Below, piece by piece: positions 37,841 to 47,937 of a stretch of DNA of 57,845 bases. Made by a program: the position numbers and the translations under genes. How positions within the stretch are numbered: the stretch's first letter is position 1; the number at the start of each line of letters is the position of its first letter. The notes beneath the pieces were generated by a model. The model ran no database searches and was not told where the DNA came from. It saw only the letters and a program-made list of their open reading frames with translations. This stretch comes from an uncultured Mycoplasmatota bacterium (GTDB taxonomy: Bacteria; Bacillota_I; Bacilli_A; RF39; UBA660): the NCBI GenBank assembly GCA_947426265.1, contig CANEDJ010000003.1, positions 1 to 57,845 of the forward strand, read 5' to 3'.

Positions 37841-38529
37841 TCTTTTTCATTTTTAGAAACTCTATAAGAATCTCTAATCTTGGAGATGCTTTTATTTTGA
37901 ATCCATTTTGAAAGTTTCTTTTCTTTTAGTATTTTTATTGTCTTATCTGGATATTTTATATAACAAAAGGATAAGAGCCAAGCAATGGCCATATTGACAT
38001 AATAATGGTCTATGTAGTGCTTGCAACATAATGTTAGGATAATTTCAATATATTGGTCATTGATATAATGATCTAAAAGCAAAATTAATCCAAAGCGAAT
38101 GTCCCACGGATTTTTACTTTTTAATTTTTCTAAAATCCAATGAAAACCTTCTTCTTGATGTTTCTTAAATTGTTTTAAGCTGGCACATACTGTATCATTG
38201 ATTGCCCAATTGGTGTTGTATGGAAGAAAAGCATCTAGTTCTTTTTGTAACTCTTGAAAGTCAATTTTTGAATACCCTAGAGTAAGTCCATGTAGTAGAA
38301 CTTCTTCATAATAATAGTGAGTATTGTACTTTAAAAAGGTCTGATAGTTCCCTTTACTAATTTTTTTGGCTAAATCGTGTAAAATAGGAAAACGAATTCC
38401 AATCATATTGACTTTTTCTAATATCAATTTTGATTGAAATTTTTGATATTTTAAATCTTGCAAAGATAATAAATATTGAATGAATTTTTGATAATTTTCA
38501 AAATTCCAAGTAACTGTTTCTAAATTCAT
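37816..38529 (-). CDS. DNA alkylation repair protein (AlkD-like HEAT-repeat family)
   Basis: YQKFQSKL..., WAINDTVCASL, NPWDIRFGLILLLDHY; TAGGAG SD before ATG 38529. Confidence 0.8.
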   Translation of the reverse strand: MNLETVTWNFENYQKFIQYLLSLQDLKYQKFQSKLILEKVNMIGIRFPILHDLAKKISKGNYQTFLKYNTHYYYEEVLLHGLTLGYSKIDFQELQKELDAFLPYNTNWAINDTVCASLKQFKKHQEEGFHWILEKLKSKNPWDIRFGLILLLDHYINDQYIEIILTLCCKHYIDHYYVNMAIAWLLSFCYIKYPDKTIKILKEKKLSKWIQNKSISKIRDSYRVSKNEKDYLKTLIK

Positions 38530-38539
38530 AATATAACTC

Positions 38540-39433
38540 CTATCCATGGGGATGAAAATTTTTATAATCTGCTTCTAATTTTTCATTGGAAACATGTGTA
38601 TAAATTTGAGTCGTTGATAGAGAACTATGTCCAAGCATTTCCTGGATATCTCTTAAATTTGCACCATTTTGCAATAAGTGAGTAGCAAAGGAATGTCTTA
38701 GTGTATGAGGAGAAAAAGGAGTTTCAATTCCCTTTTGTTTGGCAAGTGCTTGTATCATTTTAAAAATTGCTTGCCTAGTTAAACTGGTTCCATGATTATT
38801 GATAAATAAATAATCATTCCAGCCTTTGATTAAAAGTTCACTACGATAATGATATAGGTAGTTATGGAGTGCATTTGCTGCATAATCGCCAATTGGAACA
38901 ATCCTTTCTTTATTTCCCTTTCCCATTGTTCTAACAATAGACATTTCTAAGTCAATATCCCCTACTTTTAAATTGATAAGCTCAGTCACTCTTAAACCGC
39001 TTGCATACATAAGCTCTAAAATTGCTTTGTTTCTAGCACTAAAAGCATCTTTCACAGAAATGTCGAGCAATTGGTCTATTTCTTCGATACTAAGCACTTT
39101 AGGCAGCTTTTTTGGCTGTTTCGGGATTGGAACTTCTTCTAATGGATTTTCTTTGATATAGTGATTTATCATCAAAAACTTATAAAAAGAACGCAAACAA
39201 GAAATATTATGAGAAATACTTCTCGCACTTTCATTTTGTAAAGTATGAATATATGTTTCAACATGCTTGCTGTTAAGATTTAAATTTAACTGTTTTTCTT
39301 TTAAAAATATAGCAAATTTTTCTAGCTCAAATTGATATGATATGCGTGTGTTTTCACTATAACCTCTGTCAATATACAAATATTCAATAAATTCGTTTCC
39401 ATAAGGTGGTAATATATTTTTTCTATTTGCCAT
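38540..39433 (-). CDS. xerD: tyrosine site-specific recombinase, XerD/XerC-like
   Basis: SAM-like N-terminal domain (YIDRGYSENTRISYQFELEKF), catalytic GLRVTEL...HTLRHSFATHLL...LGHSSLSTTQIYTHV. Confidence 0.85.
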   Translation of the reverse strand: MANRKNILPPYGNEFIEYLYIDRGYSENTRISYQFELEKFAIFLKEKQLNLNLNSKHVETYIHTLQNESARSISHNISCLRSFYKFLMINHYIKENPLEEVPIPKQPKKLPKVLSIEEIDQLLDISVKDAFSARNKAILELMYASGLRVTELINLKVGDIDLEMSIVRTMGKGNKERIVPIGDYAANALHNYLYHYRSELLIKGWNDYLFINNHGTSLTRQAIFKMIQALAKQKGIETPFSPHTLRHSFATHLLQNGANLRDIQEMLGHSSLSTTQIYTHVSNEKLEADYKNFHPHG

Positions 39434-39513
39434 ATTTCATCACCATTTTTATTATAACAAAATGACTATTTTTTTACTACTTTTTTTGATAAAATAAAAT
39501 AGTGGTGATAACT

Positions 39514-40740
39514 ATGAATGAACCGTTAGCTGTAAAAATGAGACCAAAAAAGACAAGTGATGTAATTGGACAAAGTCATTTAGTTGGGGAAAAGAAAATT
39601 ATTACGAATATGGTAAATAACAAGAGACTATTTTCTATGATTTTATATGGAAAGCCAGGAATTGGTAAGACGACAATCGCAACAGCAATTGTGGAAGAAC
39701 TAGAACTTCGGCATCGCTTTTTGAATGCAGTGATAAATAATAAAAAAGATTTTGATGTTGTAATTGAAGAAGCAAAACTATATGGTGGTATTGTATTAAT
39801 ATTAGATGAGATTCATAGAATGAATAAAGATAAGCAAGACTTATTATTGCCTTATTTAGAAAATGGTTTGATTACTCTGATTGGTATGACAACATCCAAT
39901 CCTTATCACAAAATAAATCCAGCGATTCGAAGTCGTTGTCAAATTTTTGAATTGAAAGAACTCTCAGAAGAAGAAATAAAGTTAGGAATAAAAAAAGCAA
40001 TTCAAAGTCCTTATTTAAAGGAAATCGATATTGATGAAAAAGCCATAGACCATATTGTTACCGTATCTGGTGGAGACCTTCGAGCTGCTTATAATTTGTT
40101 AGAAGTTGCTTACTACTCTACTTCTGATTATCATATTACCAGTGACCTTATCAAAAATATTAATAATAAACCTGTTTTCTTTCATGATAAAAATGAAGAT
40201 GGTCACTATGATGTGATTAGTGCTTTTCAAAAGTCTATTCGAGGAAGTGATGTGAATGCCGCACTACATTATTTGGCTCGCTTAATTGAAGCGGAAGATT
40301 TGGATATTATTTATAGAAGAATGACGGTGATTGCTTATGAAGATATTGGTCTTGCGAATCCTTCTATGGGGCCAAAAGTAGATGCTTGTATTAATGCATG
40401 TGAACGGTTGGGTTTGCCAGAAGCTAGAATTCCACTTGCTACAACTGTTGTTGAATTAGCGCTTTCTCCAAAATCCAATAGTGCTCATATCGCTTTGGAT
40501 ATTGCACTCAATGATATTCGGATAGGCTTCACTGGGAATGTTCCAAATCACATTAAGACAACTTCTAGGGATTATAAGTATCCTCATGATTATCCAAATG
40601 CTTGGGTCAATCAGCAATATCTTCCAGATAAGATAAAGAATAAAAAATATTATGTTCCAAAAACAACTAGTAAATATGAAACAAGTTTAAAAAATGTTTA
40701 TGATAATATTGAGAATGCAAAAAGAACTACTCATCAGTAG
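39514..40740 (+). CDS. rarA: replication-associated recombination protein A (MgsA/RarA AAA+ ATPase)
   Basis: PLAVKMRPK..., Walker A GKPGIGKTT, LDEIHRMNK, GDLRAAYNLLE, ISAFQKSIRGSD. Confidence 0.93.
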   Translation: MNEPLAVKMRPKKTSDVIGQSHLVGEKKIITNMVNNKRLFSMILYGKPGIGKTTIATAIVEELELRHRFLNAVINNKKDFDVVIEEAKLYGGIVLILDEIHRMNKDKQDLLLPYLENGLITLIGMTTSNPYHKINPAIRSRCQIFELKELSEEEIKLGIKKAIQSPYLKEIDIDEKAIDHIVTVSGGDLRAAYNLLEVAYYSTSDYHITSDLIKNINNKPVFFHDKNEDGHYDVISAFQKSIRGSDVNAALHYLARLIEAEDLDIIYRRMTVIAYEDIGLANPSMGPKVDACINACERLGLPEARIPLATTVVELALSPKSNSAHIALDIALNDIRIGFTGNVPNHIKTTSRDYKYPHDYPNAWVNQQYLPDKIKNKKYYVPKTTSKYETSLKNVYDNIENAKRTTHQ

Positions 40741-40743
40741 TTC

Positions 40744-41688
40744 TTATATTTTTAAGATAAAAAGCTCTAATGCAAGGTCTTTTTCTACAATTCCACTTTT
40801 GATATTGCTGTCTAAGTCTGCGAGTTCTTCTAAATAATGTAACAGAATTGAACTAGAAAAGTCTTTGCTTTTTTCTAACGCCAATTTTAGACGATATGGA
40901 TGAACTTCTAAAGTAGAAGCGATATCATTTGCAGTATACCCTTTTTTGCTTAATTCTTTTGCTTGGTACATAATACGAAATTGATTTGCTAATAAAATTA
41001 AGATTTTAATTGGCTCTTCATTTCTTTTTATCATTTCTTGATAAGCTTCAAGAGCTGTTTGCTTCCTTTTTAATACAATGTTTTCAATGAGTTTAAAAAT
41101 GTCTGCATCAATGTTTTTTGTGGTCAGATTTAAAATGTCTTGTTCAGTAACTGTTTTTTCTTTGTCTTTATACGTTTTAATCTTATCACATTCCTGCTTT
41201 AATATTTGTAGATTGTCACCTACTCTATCAATCAGCAGTTGTATAACATTAGATTTAATCTCGTAATCTTCAAACATTTCTTTTACAATTGCGTTTAAGT
41301 TTTGGTTTCTCCCAATTTCTATAACAGAGCCAACTTTTTTGATGGATTTCGTTATTTTTTTTCGCTCATCTAACTTCTCAGATAAAGTAGAGAATATTAA
41401 AATGGTATCTGGATTAAAATGGTCTAAGTAAGACAATAATAAGTCAGTATTTTGTTCTATGGAACTTTTTTTTGTTGTTCCTGTAAAAATGTAACTATTT
41501 GCTACAACAATTCCTTTTTTGTCTCCAAACATAGAGATAGTAGTTGCATCTTCTATGATGCTATTTAAAGAATCGTTTTCTAAATCGTATTTATTGATAC
41601 TATATTCTGATAGATGTTCTTTTTTTATGATTTCTTCTATCTTTTTTTCAATTAATAATAGCTCTTTGCCATAAAGTAAATATATCAT
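40744..41688 (-). CDS. holA: DNA polymerase III delta subunit
   Basis: IYLLYGKELLLIEK N-terminus, size and helical C-terminal domain typical of HolA. Confidence 0.8.
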   Translation of the reverse strand: MIYLLYGKELLLIEKKIEEIIKKEHLSEYSINKYDLENDSLNSIIEDATTISMFGDKKGIVVANSYIFTGTTKKSSIEQNTDLLLSYLDHFNPDTILIFSTLSEKLDERKKITKSIKKVGSVIEIGRNQNLNAIVKEMFEDYEIKSNVIQLLIDRVGDNLQILKQECDKIKTYKDKEKTVTEQDILNLTTKNIDADIFKLIENIVLKRKQTALEAYQEMIKRNEEPIKILILLANQFRIMYQAKELSKKGYTANDIASTLEVHPYRLKLALEKSKDFSSSILLHYLEELADLDSNIKSGIVEKDLALELFILKI

Positions 41689-42281
41689 GCTTTTTTATCC
41701 TTTCTTCTGAGTAAGCTTCCAATTTCTAAAGTAAGAGCCCCTAAAGAGTAACCTGCTAATACATCACTAAAGTAATGTACTCCAAGATAAATTCGGCTAA
41801 AGCCGATTCCTAAAATAAAGAATACTCCAGGAAGAAATAAAATGTTTTTTTTTGAATGTTCTATGAAGTAAGTCATAAGATATCCATAAAAAGATACTGA
41901 GATAATAGAATGGCCACTTGGAAAACTATAGCCATCAATAGGAATCAATCTTAGAATGTCTGGTCTTTCTCTCATAAAAATAAGTTTTAAGAAAACAATA
42001 AAACATACACTCATTAAAAGAATGATACAAAAAGGTTTTAGTTCTCTCTTTTCTTTTTTGAAAAGGTAAATTGCCCATATACTAGAGAATATTACAATTG
42101 TTTTTGGCTCTCCTAGAAGTGTAAAAATTTTCATGATTGTTGTAATGGGTTCTCCAATAAATCCTTCCATTTTGTGGTAAATCCATAAATCGATAGGAAG
42201 GACTTGATTACATAGTAATAATACAGTGATAAATAAAAAACAGACAAATGGTATCCATATTTCTTTATATTTTTTAATCAT
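41685..42281 (-). CDS. PAP2-family phosphatase (BcrC-like undecaprenyl-diphosphatase candidate)
   Basis: KxxxxxRP (KLIFMRERP), SFPSGHS, SRIYLGVHYFSDV; AGGTGA SD before ATG 42281. Confidence 0.85.
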   Translation of the reverse strand: MIKKYKEIWIPFVCFLFITVLLLCNQVLPIDLWIYHKMEGFIGEPITTIMKIFTLLGEPKTIVIFSSIWAIYLFKKEKRELKPFCIILLMSVCFIVFLKLIFMRERPDILRLIPIDGYSFPSGHSIISVSFYGYLMTYFIEHSKKNILFLPGVFFILGIGFSRIYLGVHYFSDVLAGYSLGALTLEIGSLLRRKDKKA

Positions 42282-42330
42282 TATTATCACCTACTATATT
42301 ATAACACGTATGGACTCTATCGTAAATTGT

Positions 42331-42360
42331 AAAAAAGAAAAAGAGACAATTTTGTCTCTT
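42331..42360 (-). terminator. intrinsic terminator
   Basis: AAGAGACA-AAAT-TGTCTCTT then T-rich run on the minus strand. Confidence 0.75.
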
Positions 42361-42811
42361 ATTCAAAAGTAATATTGCTATATAGTAAGGAAGCTTGTCT
42401 ATCAAAGTTTTTCTTTAATAATGGTAAATTTACCAATAAAGAAATTCCTACTATCAGAATATTTAATGTATTTGATAATGATAATAAAACCATCATACCA
42501 ATGAAGAAACACCAATCTTTAATGACTGCTTTTCTTAATGGCAATAGATTTTTTTTCGCTATTTTTTGGTTATTGAAAATATTGTACACTCCAATTCTAC
42601 CAGCTATATACCAGATTAGGATATTTAATCCTAATTCAATAGGTGTCATTACAAAGTAAAATGCTTCTGTTGATATATTATGAATTAATAGGTGTTTTAA
42701 TCCTCCTACAACGATAAATGTAAGAACTGCTAAAACGAGTTGTACAAGAAATACTGTCACACAGAAATACATATTTCTTTCCGAGACAATATTTTCTTTT
42801 TTCTTTTCCAT
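42359..42811 (-). CDS. hypothetical 4-TM membrane protein (150 aa)
   Basis: GGAGAG SD; consensus promoter upstream; terminator downstream. Confidence 0.6.
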   Translation of the reverse strand: MEKKKENIVSERNMYFCVTVFLVQLVLAVLTFIVVGGLKHLLIHNISTEAFYFVMTPIELGLNILIWYIAGRIGVYNIFNNQKIAKKNLLPLRKAVIKDWCFFIGMMVLLSLSNTLNILIVGISLLVNLPLLKKNFDRQASLLYSNITFE

Positions 42812-42845
42812 TTAAAATCTCTCCTTTTTCATGTGAGCAGTGCCT

Positions 42846-42874
42846 ATTTTAACATAAGCAAGTGGTTCTGTCAA
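42846..42874 (-). promoter_or_regulatory. sigma-A type promoter
   Basis: TTGACA-17 nt-TAAAAT on the minus strand. Confidence 0.6.
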
Positions 42875-42981
42875 ATTGAGGCTCAAATTATTTTAAATTT
42901 GGCATAAAAAAGGGGCGACAAAGGAACAATTGTTCTAGTCCCACGATTTAAAAGGTTACAAATTTTTTGTTTTATAGTCTT

Positions 42982-43527
42982 TTATTCATCAGTTTCATAA
43001 TAATATGATGTTTCTACACCCTTAAAAAAACTATCTAAACTAAAATCATCAGTCAAATTATTTTCAATTAAAGTTTTGATTTCTAAAGTGTTTATTGGAC
43101 TTCTTTCCATTGCTTGTAAATATAGTTTTTTATCAATATTTTCCCAATTAACAATTTTATTTAAGTTCTTTTTTAAAATCAAATCTAACCAAATTCTTGT
43201 ACTGCGACCATTTCCTTCTAAAAAAGGATGAGCGATATTCATTTCAACATATTTATCTATAATTTCATTTAAAGTTGTTTCACTCATAGTTTCAATTTTT
43301 TTTAGCATTTCTTCTAAATATAAAGAATTACCAAATCGAAAGTTTCCTTTAGAAATATTTTCTTTACGAATTTTTCCAGCGAAATCATACAAATCATCAA
43401 ATAGATATTTATGAATTTGCTGTAATCCTTTTGTTGTACCAATTTCAATATTGTTGATCTTGCCATTTGAAAATAATTTTTTAGCATTTTCTAAACTTTT
43501 TTTATCTATTTCATTCATTATCTTCAT
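42982..43527 (-). CDS. Fic-family protein (AMPylase-type), single-domain
   Basis: Canonical Fic motif [12 protein letters not shown]; C-terminal [10 protein letters not shown] resembles the class III inhibitory helix. Confidence 0.9.
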   Translation of the reverse strand: MKIMNEIDKKSLENAKKLFSNGKINNIEIGTTKGLQQIHKYLFDDLYDFAGKIRKENISKGNFRFGNSLYLEEMLKKIETMSETTLNEIIDKYVEMNIAHPFLEGNGRSTRIWLDLILKKNLNKIVNWENIDKKLYLQAMERSPINTLEIKTLIENNLTDDFSLDSFFKGVETSYYYETDE

Positions 43528-43620
43528 CTCATTTCACTAATAGTTAAGCTATTTTATCTACATAATATTTTATCATAAAAACCTTATTACTACAATAAGG
43601 ATATAAGTTTGATAGATGAA

Positions 43621-45045
43621 CTATCTTTCGATTGGAATTTCAAAATAAAAAGTTGTACCTTTTCCCTTTTTAGAAATAACTCCATATTGAAACTTGTGGT
43701 CTTCTAGTATTTTTTTTACAATGGAAAGACCTAATCCAGTTCCTATTACGTTTCTTTGATGCTTTTTTTCGTTCTTGTAATATTTATCCCATATATGTGG
43801 TAAGTCTTTTGAAGAGATTCCTTTTCCACTATCTGTAATTTCTACTCTGATTTTATTTTCAAGTTTTAAAATTTTTATCCAAATGGTTTTATTTTCTCCT
43901 GTATAGTTAATTGCATTGTTGATTAGATTATAAATAACTTGTTCCATTTTTTTTATATCAGCACAAATGATAATGGATTCATTTTCTTCAAAAATAAAGG
44001 TGTAATTCTCGGTTTCTATTAATATATCATATCGTTTTAATATTTTTTCCATCAATTTTGTTAAATCAATCTTTTCTTTTTTTAATGGTTCAATAGAAGC
44101 TTGTACTTTTGAAAGTTCTAAAATATCATTTACAAGAATATTAAGTCGGTCTGCTTCCTCGATGATGACATTTAGGTTTTGATTTCTTTTTTCTTTGTTG
44201 TTAGAGTTTAAGTCTCGTGCCATTTCTGCATAGGCTTTAATCATGGTAAGTGGAGTTTTTAAGTCATGTGATACATTAGCCATTAAATCTCTTCGTAATT
44301 CTTCTGTTTTAGAGAGCTCATTTTTCGCATGATTTAATGTATTTGATAAAACTTGTATTTCTGCGATATCTGTTTTTCCATTAAATTCAAAATTATAGTC
44401 TCCTTTTGACATCTTTCTGGCTCCATCATTCAGCTCAATGATTGGTGCTGATATTTTTTTTGATATGAAATAAGCAATGACAAAAGATAGCAATAAGACA
44501 ATAATGGTAACATAGATAAGTTGCGTAGATAATATCTTTGTTGTTGCATCTAGAGGCTCTAAAGAAGCGCTTATAAAGGCGTAAGTTTGATTATCTAGTT
44601 TGACTCCATAAATTAGAATTTTGTTTTTAAAATCGGAATTTGTAATAATGTAACTTTGTTTTTTGAGTCCACTTTCTATAAAATGATATTGGTAGGATGT
44701 TCTATTTTTTTTATCAAACATCATGCATCCTCTATTAAAAGAGCTAGAAATAAATGCAGCGTCTCCTTTTTGGAGTACTTCAATACAAACTCCTTTTTCA
44801 TAAGCAATCATATTAAACATAGTTTCAATATTGTTTTTATCATAAGTTTCTATAATTTTATTCGCAGTTTCATTCAAGTCTTTCTTTTTAGACCATTCAT
44901 AATAATCATCTAAAAAAGAGATTTGAAAAAACCATAGAAATATCAGTATGATGCAAGAAAAAAGAGCCAAATAAAGCCAAATTTTGACTGTTAAACTATT
45001 CTTCTGGAAGGACAAATTTATACCCCATTCCTCTAACTGTAACAA
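43621..45045 (-). CDS. sensor histidine kinase (2 TM, HAMP, HisKA, HATPase_c)
   Basis: H-box MANVSHDLKTPLT, N-box NLINNAINYT, G-boxes DSGKGI and GTGLGLSIV; true start may be TTG 45015. Confidence 0.88.
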   Translation of the reverse strand: MLQLEEWGINLSFQKNSLTVKIWLYLALFSCIILIFLWFFQISFLDDYYEWSKKKDLNETANKIIETYDKNNIETMFNMIAYEKGVCIEVLQKGDAAFISSSFNRGCMMFDKKNRTSYQYHFIESGLKKQSYIITNSDFKNKILIYGVKLDNQTYAFISASLEPLDATTKILSTQLIYVTIIVLLLSFVIAYFISKKISAPIIELNDGARKMSKGDYNFEFNGKTDIAEIQVLSNTLNHAKNELSKTEELRRDLMANVSHDLKTPLTMIKAYAEMARDLNSNNKEKRNQNLNVIIEEADRLNILVNDILELSKVQASIEPLKKEKIDLTKLMEKILKRYDILIETENYTFIFEENESIIICADIKKMEQVIYNLINNAINYTGENKTIWIKILKLENKIRVEITDSGKGISSKDLPHIWDKYYKNEKKHQRNVIGTGLGLSIVKKILEDHKFQYGVISKKGKGTTFYFEIPIER

Positions 45046-45664
45046 TTAGGTCTCTATATTTTCCTAGATTATTACGAAGCATTTTAATATGTGTATCTAT
45101 TGTTCTATCATCTCCATAGAAGTCATATCCCCAAATTTTGCTAAGCAATTGTTCTCTTGAAAGAGCAACATTAGGATTGCTCGTGAAATAAATTAAAAGT
45201 TCGTATTCTTTTGGAGTGATTGATAATTCTTTTCCCTCAACCATTACAGTATGTGCTTTTTCGTCAATTACTAAGTCATGATAGATATAGATGTCATCTC
45301 TAATCTTATTACAACGTTTTAAGATTGCTTTTATTCTAGCCATTAATTCTTTTGGACTAAATGGTTTGGTTAAATAGTCATCAACTCCTAATTCAAAACT
45401 AGATAGTTTATCATATTCTTCTGTTCTGGCAGATAGAATGATAGTAGGAATATTTTTTATTTCTTTCATTTGTTTAAACATATTTAATCCATCTAGCTTT
45501 GGCATCATAATATCAAGTATTAAGCAATCAATGTCCTCCCGTTTAATGATTTCTAGTGCCTCTTCTCCATTACATGCTTCTAAAATTTCATATCCTTCAT
45601 GTAATGCATATTCTTTTACAACTTCTCGAATTAAAATTTCATCATCTACAATTAATAATTTCAT
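44996..45664 (-). CDS. OmpR-family response regulator
   Basis: Receiver LLIVDDE...ILDIMMPKLDG...KPF; winged-helix VTVRGMGYKF. Confidence 0.93.
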   Translation of the reverse strand: MKLLIVDDEILIREVVKEYALHEGYEILEACNGEEALEIIKREDIDCLILDIMMPKLDGLNMFKQMKEIKNIPTIILSARTEEYDKLSSFELGVDDYLTKPFSPKELMARIKAILKRCNKIRDDIYIYHDLVIDEKAHTVMVEGKELSITPKEYELLIYFTSNPNVALSREQLLSKIWGYDFYGDDRTIDTHIKMLRNNLGKYRDLIVTVRGMGYKFVLPEE

Positions 45665-45732
45665 AGTTCACCTCTATATTTTATTATACAGAAAAATATG
45701 TAGTTTACGTGAAAAAATAAGCCAAAATTGAC

Positions 45733-46743
45733 TTATTTTAAAGCTGTAGGATTTTTTCTATATTGTGCTTCTCTTTCTGCACTATATCCTTTTACAATGT
45801 TTTTATTTTTCACTCTAAAAATTTCCATTACTTTTTTTCTTTCTGCTAAATTTAAAGGCAATGACATTCCAATTTTATCTTTAAATTTAACCACTAAACT
45901 TTTTCCAGTTTCAACAAGACCATAACGTTTTATTCCTTTTTCGTACATCCATACAGCTTCATTTACTTTATGATAAGTAAAATTGTAACCTCTTGTATCA
46001 AAAATATAATTGTTTGTAATTCTAATATCTTTGTTTTTAAATAAGTATGGTCCATTTTGATATTCAAAACTTGCTTTGTCTGCATTTCCTTCTTTTTCTA
46101 GCGTCTTTCTTCCGTATATAATAAATTTATTTGGATTTACAATCATTTTTAAGCCTTCATATACTTTAAATAGCAGTAATAAAATAATGACGCCTATTAG
46201 GATAATTAAAAAGATAAATGGAAATCCTTCCCCATCATATTGGTTCAGCATGTAATTAAAAAACATTCCTCTTGTTTGTTCTTCTGTAATAATTTCAGCT
46301 TCATTTGTAAAGCGTTCAATATAATCTTTTTCTACTTTTTCTTTCGTTTCTTTAAATACTTTATTTTTAAATGGAGTAAAGTTTCCAGAAATTTCTCGTT
46401 CTCCAGTTTGTGCTAAAAGTTCATCTGCGGTTGTAGTATCTGCGAGCGTTAAAATAACATATCCTTCCAAATCAACATCTAGAAATTTTCCAACTGTAAC
46501 ACCATCTACGACATAATTATATCCAACATCATAAATGTTTGCCGTTTTGATTGTTGTAAATCGTCCTTCTTGCTGACATTTTTGAAGTTCTTTATAATTG
46601 GTTGCTACACAAGTCCCTTTAAATGTCCCAGTTGTCTGCTTGTGAAATACAATGAATGGAGTAAACATTATTATTGTTAAAATAAGATATAAAAGTGTTT
46701 TTTTGATTCCTTTCTTTTTGATTATCTCTTTAAATTCTTTCAT
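45733..46743 (-). CDS. hypothetical membrane protein (336 aa; N-terminal TM, extracytoplasmic domain, TM, cytoplasmic domain)
   Basis: GAGAGGGGA SD; lies directly upstream of the response regulator/kinase pair on the same strand. Confidence 0.6.
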   Translation of the reverse strand: MKEFKEIIKKKGIKKTLLYLILTIIMFTPFIVFHKQTTGTFKGTCVATNYKELQKCQQEGRFTTIKTANIYDVGYNYVVDGVTVGKFLDVDLEGYVILTLADTTTADELLAQTGEREISGNFTPFKNKVFKETKEKVEKDYIERFTNEAEIITEEQTRGMFFNYMLNQYDGEGFPFIFLIILIGVIILLLLFKVYEGLKMIVNPNKFIIYGRKTLEKEGNADKASFEYQNGPYLFKNKDIRITNNYIFDTRGYNFTYHKVNEAVWMYEKGIKRYGLVETGKSLVVKFKDKIGMSLPLNLAERKKVMEIFRVKNKNIVKGYSAEREAQYRKNPTALK

Positions 46744-46801
46744 ATAAATCCCCTCTCATCGAATAATCGTATTTATTATATCATATTTTTTTATCTAGAA
46801 C

Positions 46802-46829
46802 AAAAAAAGAAATTATTTTCATAATTTCT
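46802..46829 (-). terminator. intrinsic terminator of the GH25 gene
   Basis: 9-bp stem AGAAATTAT-GAAA-ATAATTTCT then T6 on the minus strand. Confidence 0.7.
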
Positions 46830-47853
46830 TCAAAGCAGTTGCTTGGTAAAATCCAGTTGTTCCTGTTTCATTTCCAACACGATATGGATATGGTGCTTGA
46901 GAGTCAATTGCAAGAATTGTTCTTTTGTATCCAATTCCCCAAGCGATTTTCCCACTTCCATCTTTAGAAGCGCGACCAGGTGCAATAATTGTAACAGTAT
47001 CTCCAACTGATAATTCATTCCCAGAACTTACTTTTAAATCATTTTCACTTACCCAGCCTAATCCATTATTGATGTTATAAGGTTTTGTCGCATTTGCGTT
47101 ATCGTTCACTCTGCTGATAATTGCATTTAAATTACTTCTATTTTGTCCTGGACCATTTCCATAGCTATCTTTATATAATGTTCCTGTGAATATTACTTGA
47201 TCTCCTACTTTGAATTTTCTAGTTGATGGATTTTCTTCTTCTAAATGATTTAATCCTTTTTCACGAATTAATTTTGGGTAATCTTTATAAGCAATGTCTC
47301 CATCAACATATCCATCGATTCCTGAGAGTGTTAATTTTGAAGTATATTGCCACATTCCAAATGGTTTTGTGTAAGTTGGTTCACTACTCCATTGTGCTAA
47401 CCAATGGTCAAATTTATCAAGTTGTGGACGATTTAATCGGTTTACAAACCAATCTAAATTCGCATATATTCCAACGTAGTAACCAGCTTCTTCCAGTTTT
47501 TGACAATAATGATAAACAATATCATTTAAAGTATCTAATGGGAGTGCTTTTTGGACTTCACTTTCTACATCTAAAAAGATTGGATATTCTATTTTTTTGT
47601 TTTTGATTAAACGCAATGTATGTTCTACTTCACTGTTTGCTTGCTCAATTGTTGTTGCATAACTATATAAATATACACCATATGGAATGTTTAAACGTTC
47701 ACATTCTTGTGTATTTCTTTCATATTTGTTATCATCTTGTGATGTTAAATTATTTCCAAATCCACATCTGATAATGGCGAAATCAATTGATTTTTTGACT
47801 TCATCCCAATTGATATTTCCTTGATGACTCGATACATCGATTCCTTTTGCCAT
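46819..47853 (-). CDS. GH25 muramidase (lysozyme) with two C-terminal SH3-like wall-binding repeats, no signal peptide
   Basis: MAKGIDVSSHQGNINWDEVKKSIDFAIIRCGFG, LDVE catalytic region, two repeats starting FKVGDQV / LSVGDTV. Confidence 0.88.
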   Translation of the reverse strand: MAKGIDVSSHQGNINWDEVKKSIDFAIIRCGFGNNLTSQDDNKYERNTQECERLNIPYGVYLYSYATTIEQANSEVEHTLRLIKNKKIEYPIFLDVESEVQKALPLDTLNDIVYHYCQKLEEAGYYVGIYANLDWFVNRLNRPQLDKFDHWLAQWSSEPTYTKPFGMWQYTSKLTLSGIDGYVDGDIAYKDYPKLIREKGLNHLEEENPSTRKFKVGDQVIFTGTLYKDSYGNGPGQNRSNLNAIISRVNDNANATKPYNINNGLGWVSENDLKVSSGNELSVGDTVTIIAPGRASKDGSGKIAWGIGYKRTILAIDSQAPYPYRVGNETGTTGFYQATALKKL

Positions 47854-47937
47854 ACAAAAACCTCCTTTCCTTTTATTTTATGAAAGGCGTTTTTTTTGAA
47901 ATAACGAAAATGACTAAAAAAGAGAACTTTCATTCTC

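Noticed and set aside
42924-42935. Perfect 12-bp palindrome GAACAATTGTTC between the Fic gene and the orphan membrane gene
   Set aside because: It is a single copy with no second site. It lies downstream of Fic and ~50 nt upstream of the -35 of the next promoter, so I cannot assign it a role.
46819-47853. GH25 lysozyme as a prophage remnant
   Set aside because: There is no holin, integrase, capsid, tail or repressor gene on either side. The flanks are uppP and a two-component system.
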